From Kiritimatiellia bacterium (lineage in GTDB: Bacteria; Verrucomicrobiota; Kiritimatiellia; RFP12; UBA1067), in the NCBI GenBank assembly GCA_050949565.1, contig JBMNFY010000010.1:32001-96000 (forward strand): 64,000 bases of DNA, in the 5' to 3' direction. The notes under the pieces were generated by a model. That model was given only the letters and a program-made list of their open reading frames with translations, was not told the origin of the DNA and ran no database searches. Of this stretch, positions 60,301-64,000 are shown piece by piece (the first letter of the stretch is position 1; the number at the start of each line of letters is the position of its first letter). A program made the translations under genes and the position numbers.

Positions 60301-63300
60301 CTGTTGCCGTCACCGCCGACGCCCAGGGTGGTACCGTGGTAAAACGTGCCGCCGAGCAGGAAGGCGAAGCCGTAAGCCGCCGCGGGTGAGGGTGACGGTG
60401 CCAGCCGTAATAGTCGCCGACGGCGCCACTAGCGGGCGCGCCGCCGCCGGGCATGGTGAAGGACCCGCCGGTCTGGCGTAAAATGCCCTGCGAGTATTGG
60501 GCTTGGGCGACCTGCCAATAGCCTTTGGTGTGATTGAAGCCCGATTCAAGGCCGTAATAGCCGTAAGCGCCTGAGGCGGTGCCGAGGCCGCCGTCGTTGG
60601 CCGCGCCGGTGGTGTTGGTGACGACGCTGTTGCCGGACTGGTAGATGGCGCCGGCGGCGGTGCTGCTGCGCCCGGCATACAGGGTGGCCGAGAGCAGGGC
60701 GTCATCGGTGATGTCCAGGGTGGCGCGTCCGTTCTGGCCGACGATGAAGTATTGTTGACGGACGTTGTATCCGATGTCCGGCATCGAGACGGAAGCCGTG
60801 CCGCCGATGCGGTTGGAGAGAGAGGTGTCGCCTGAGCGGTCACCGAGATACAGATTGCCTTCTGTGGTGAACGGAAGGGTGGGTTTCGCAACCGTGACGA
60901 CGGCGTTGTTGGTGATGAGGAGGGTGCCGGCATAGGTGCGCGTGTAGTTGAGGGTGTGCGGACCGGGATGACGGATATCGGCGAGGCCGCCGTCGATGTT
61001 GAAGAACCATGCGTCGATCGGTGCGTCGATAAAGAGCGAGCCCGGACCCTGTTTGCGTAGGCCGTACGCAATGGGCTCTGTCATCGTGATGTCAGGGGCG
61101 TCCAGAAGCGTTGTGTCAAACGCGATGCCGGCGTCTGAGGGAATCTGGGTGTCGATCAGCGAGAAGAGGTTGGCGAGCGGACCAGCCTTCGTCTGGCGAG
61201 TCGCCCATGCCGATGCCGAAGATGCCGCCCGCGTGAACATGAAGTTTGCCGCTGTCCCAGCCGGGGATTGTGGAAGGATAAGCGGCGAAAAGGGTGTGGC
61301 GGTTGCTGGTGACGGTCGTTTCCCCCTGGTAAGTGTTATTCGAGGCGAGCAAAAAGACTGTGGACTCTGCGCCGCCGTAGCTTGTGATGCCGGCGGGGCC
61401 GGAAATCGGGCCGGTCAATGTCAGGGAAAGTGAATTGGCGGTGTCGGTCAGGATGAGGTCGCCGCTGCCGGAGGTTTCGACCGGTCCGGAGAGGACGTTA
61501 CGCGTGTCGCGGTTGAAGCCGGAGCGGGTTCGCAGGGCGCTGCCGGCCTCGGCTTGAATGCGCCAGGGGACCGGAGCCGCGAGATTGTAGACGTCGAACA
61601 CGCCGCCTGCCGACACGCTGACGAGCGTGTTGGTGTCGCCGGCCAGCGTGCTGCTGGATTCGATCGTGAACACGGCGCCGGGTGCGATCGCGAACGTGCC
61701 GTGCTGACCGGGAGCGGCGGGATCAGCCACGAGGATGTCGGCACTGGTGATGGCGAAGATGGAGTTGGTGGACGATGTGGCGGCGCGCAGATCGGGCGCG
61801 AGCTTCGCGTCACCCTTTACGGTCAGGGTGTAACCGTTGAGTTCGAAACGGGGCTGGATGGTGCCCGCGACATCCGGGTTGCGGCGGACGTCAAGGCGCG
61901 AAACGCCGCCGATCGAGGCGTCTGCGTCGAGGGCGATCAGGGGTTGCGTGTAGTATTGTGTGAAAGGTCCGTTGTTGACCAGCGCGCCGTTACCGTCCGG
62001 GCCGTCGCCCGCCAGACGGAGTTGGTACACATAGGTGCAATTGTTCACGGAGGGAAGGAGGCCCATGTCGAGCGCCCCGCCGTCTGTGACCGTGACCACG
62101 CGCGTCCTGTCGTCATAGCCGAGCGCCGATGCGGCCGCCGGTAGCAGGGTGCCCTGCGCGACGGTGATGTCGCCTAAGAAATTGTTGTTGGCATTGGTCA
62201 GTGCGAGCCAGCCGGGGCCGGTTTTGATCAATGTGCCGCTGCCGGAAAGGACGGGGAGGCTGTTGGTCGTGTCTGCGGCGACCGCAAGCGCGAGTGCGCC
62301 ATCGGTTATGACGGCGGTTGAGAGCCCGTCCGCAGGGACCGTCGCAGTGCCCGCGCCGGATTTGGTGATACCGGTGCCGGGTGCGATGGCGGTGTCGAGC
62401 GTGACCGGTCCGGTGACATTCAAGGTGCCGGCGGGCGTAGCGACGATGCCGTTTGTAAGGGTCAGCGTAGCGGTGGCGGAGAGCTGGCCGACCGTGAGCG
62501 TGTGTCCGCCGAGTTCGATGACGGCGGGCGTGGCGGAGGGGTTGCGGATCAGGGCGACGGCGGTATCGGCCGTGAGGGTGAGGGCCGGGCCGGTGCCGCC
62601 ATCGGTCAGTGTGATGACCGCGCCGGGATACGCCGCGAGGTCGCCGGGGCCGAGCGCGGGCAGCTCGAACTCCTGAACGGCCGGGTCCGCCGTGATGCCG
62701 TCAGTCGCGCTGTAGACGGCGGGCAGACCATTGACGGTGATTCCGGCGAGCGGGCCCGCCGCGACGCCGGTTGCGAAGACCTTGCCTTCCGCCGGGACGA
62801 TATCGAGTGTGCCGCCCGCGAGCAGGGTGAGGGCGGGCAACTGGACGTCCGAGCTTCCGGTGGCCAGCGAGAGCGTGGCTGGACCGTTGATGGAGAACGG
62901 GGAGGCCGTGAAGGTGCCGTCTGGGTTGAGCGCTTCGGTCGTCACGCGCAGCGTGCCACCGGCAAGCGCCACGCCTGAAGCGGCCTTCAAGGACGCGGGA
63001 TTGGCCGTGATAAGAGTGCCTTGCAGGAGGGTAATTGCGGTCAGGTCGTTGGCGCCGGAGAGTTGCCATTCACTCTGTCCCTGTTTGATGAGCGAGAGAG
63101 GGCCTTGCGACGTCTTAGTGATCGCGCCGGCATAAGTCTTTATACCCGTGCCGTTCCCGCCGAGGCGCAGAACCTTTGCGCCGGTCTCGGTCGATGAGGA
63201 GGCGGTGCCTGTGAAGGTCATGTCGCCGTTGCCTACGATATCGAGCAGGAGTTCGGACGGTGTGGTGCTTTGGAAACTAAAGGGACGGTCTGTTGTGAAC

Positions 63301-63948
63301 GGGGAGTCGCCGGTGATGCGCAGTGTACCGCCGCGAGACGAGCAGACGGATTGCATTGTAGTCGCCTGTACCGAGACAAGAGGCGCTTCCGATGAGACCG
63401 AGCGAGGGAACCGAGACGACCGAGCCCCAGAGGATACGAACAGCGTTCGGGAAGTCGTTGTCCGGATTGTTGAAAACGTAGGAGCCGGTCATGAAATTCC
63501 CGGTGGTCCATGTTTCAATGCCGGAGCTAGCGCCGGTGAGTTTGGCGTTTACCGTCCAAGTGGCGTCGCTTCGGACAAAGAGGTCGAGGAGGTCGGTTGT
63601 GGAGGTGCCGTTGCGGGAAAAGTCCAAGGTGGACGGCCCGTTGATCACCAGATCAGCGCGGATGTCGGTGCCTTGCAGCCCTACATTGGCGATGTGCAGC
63701 GGGCTGTTGAGGTTGAGCGTGGCGGGCGCGTAGACGCGGATCATTTTGATGGTTGTATCGGCATCCACCGAAACGACGGCGCCGGGCGTGTTGAAAGTGA
63801 CCGCCTCAGTCGCGGCGGGCACGGTGCCGCCGGACCAATTGGCGCTGTTGTTCCATGATCCTGATACGCCTCCGATCCAGGTCTGATCGGCGGTTGCCGA
63901 GAATGCGGCAGCCAGCACTAAGGCGAGTAGCCGGTGTACGAGCCGCAT
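57349..63948 (-). pseudogene. Giant (~2200-aa) secreted protein with autotransporter-associated strand repeats and three PA14-like domains, broken by multiple frameshifts
   Basis: Signal peptide at 63948; consecutive ORFs in different frames continue one architecture (K.G.G.L, NTYTGPT, DD...L.ID, GPH.FELRF); ends GGTVLLLK. Confidence 0.75.
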
Positions 63949-64000
63949 CTTCGTGTGTTGGGTTGCTATCGGTTGTGAAACCCAGAAACGAGAGTCGGGG

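Overview
GC-rich bacterial DNA, most consistent with a Kiritimatiellota/PVC-group polysaccharide degrader (inferred from gene families and protein architectures, not from a marker gene). The window holds about 30 CDS: many secreted CAZymes (GH97, two GH10, GH13, GH78, a GH5-like+CBM protein, a beta-helix/propeller fusion), giant surface proteins (LamG, DUF2341, autotransporter-like strand repeats, CotH/lamin-tail), oadB with a small gamma-like subunit, a squalene-hopene cyclase-like gene, dCMP deaminase, rnk, mtlD and a parvulin PPIase. It also holds one tRNA-Met(CAT) and four families of REP-like palindromes. Most notable: (1) five otherwise unrelated ORFs end in the same short motif ([G/S]-x-4 to 5 mostly hydrophobic residues-[R/K/Q]-stop) and lack a beta-barrel, suggesting a lineage-specific C-terminal sorting signal; (2) a metzincin-tipped secreted protein is followed by a tandem array of four diversified domain copies (toxin/immunity- or protease/inhibitor-like), with a 119-nt rod hairpin upstream; (3) an integron-type gene cassette with a minimal 43-bp attC and no integrase carries a glycine-zipper/DnaK-fragment gene. 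Several frameshifts could be sequencing errors. All family calls come from motif recognition by eye, not from database searches.
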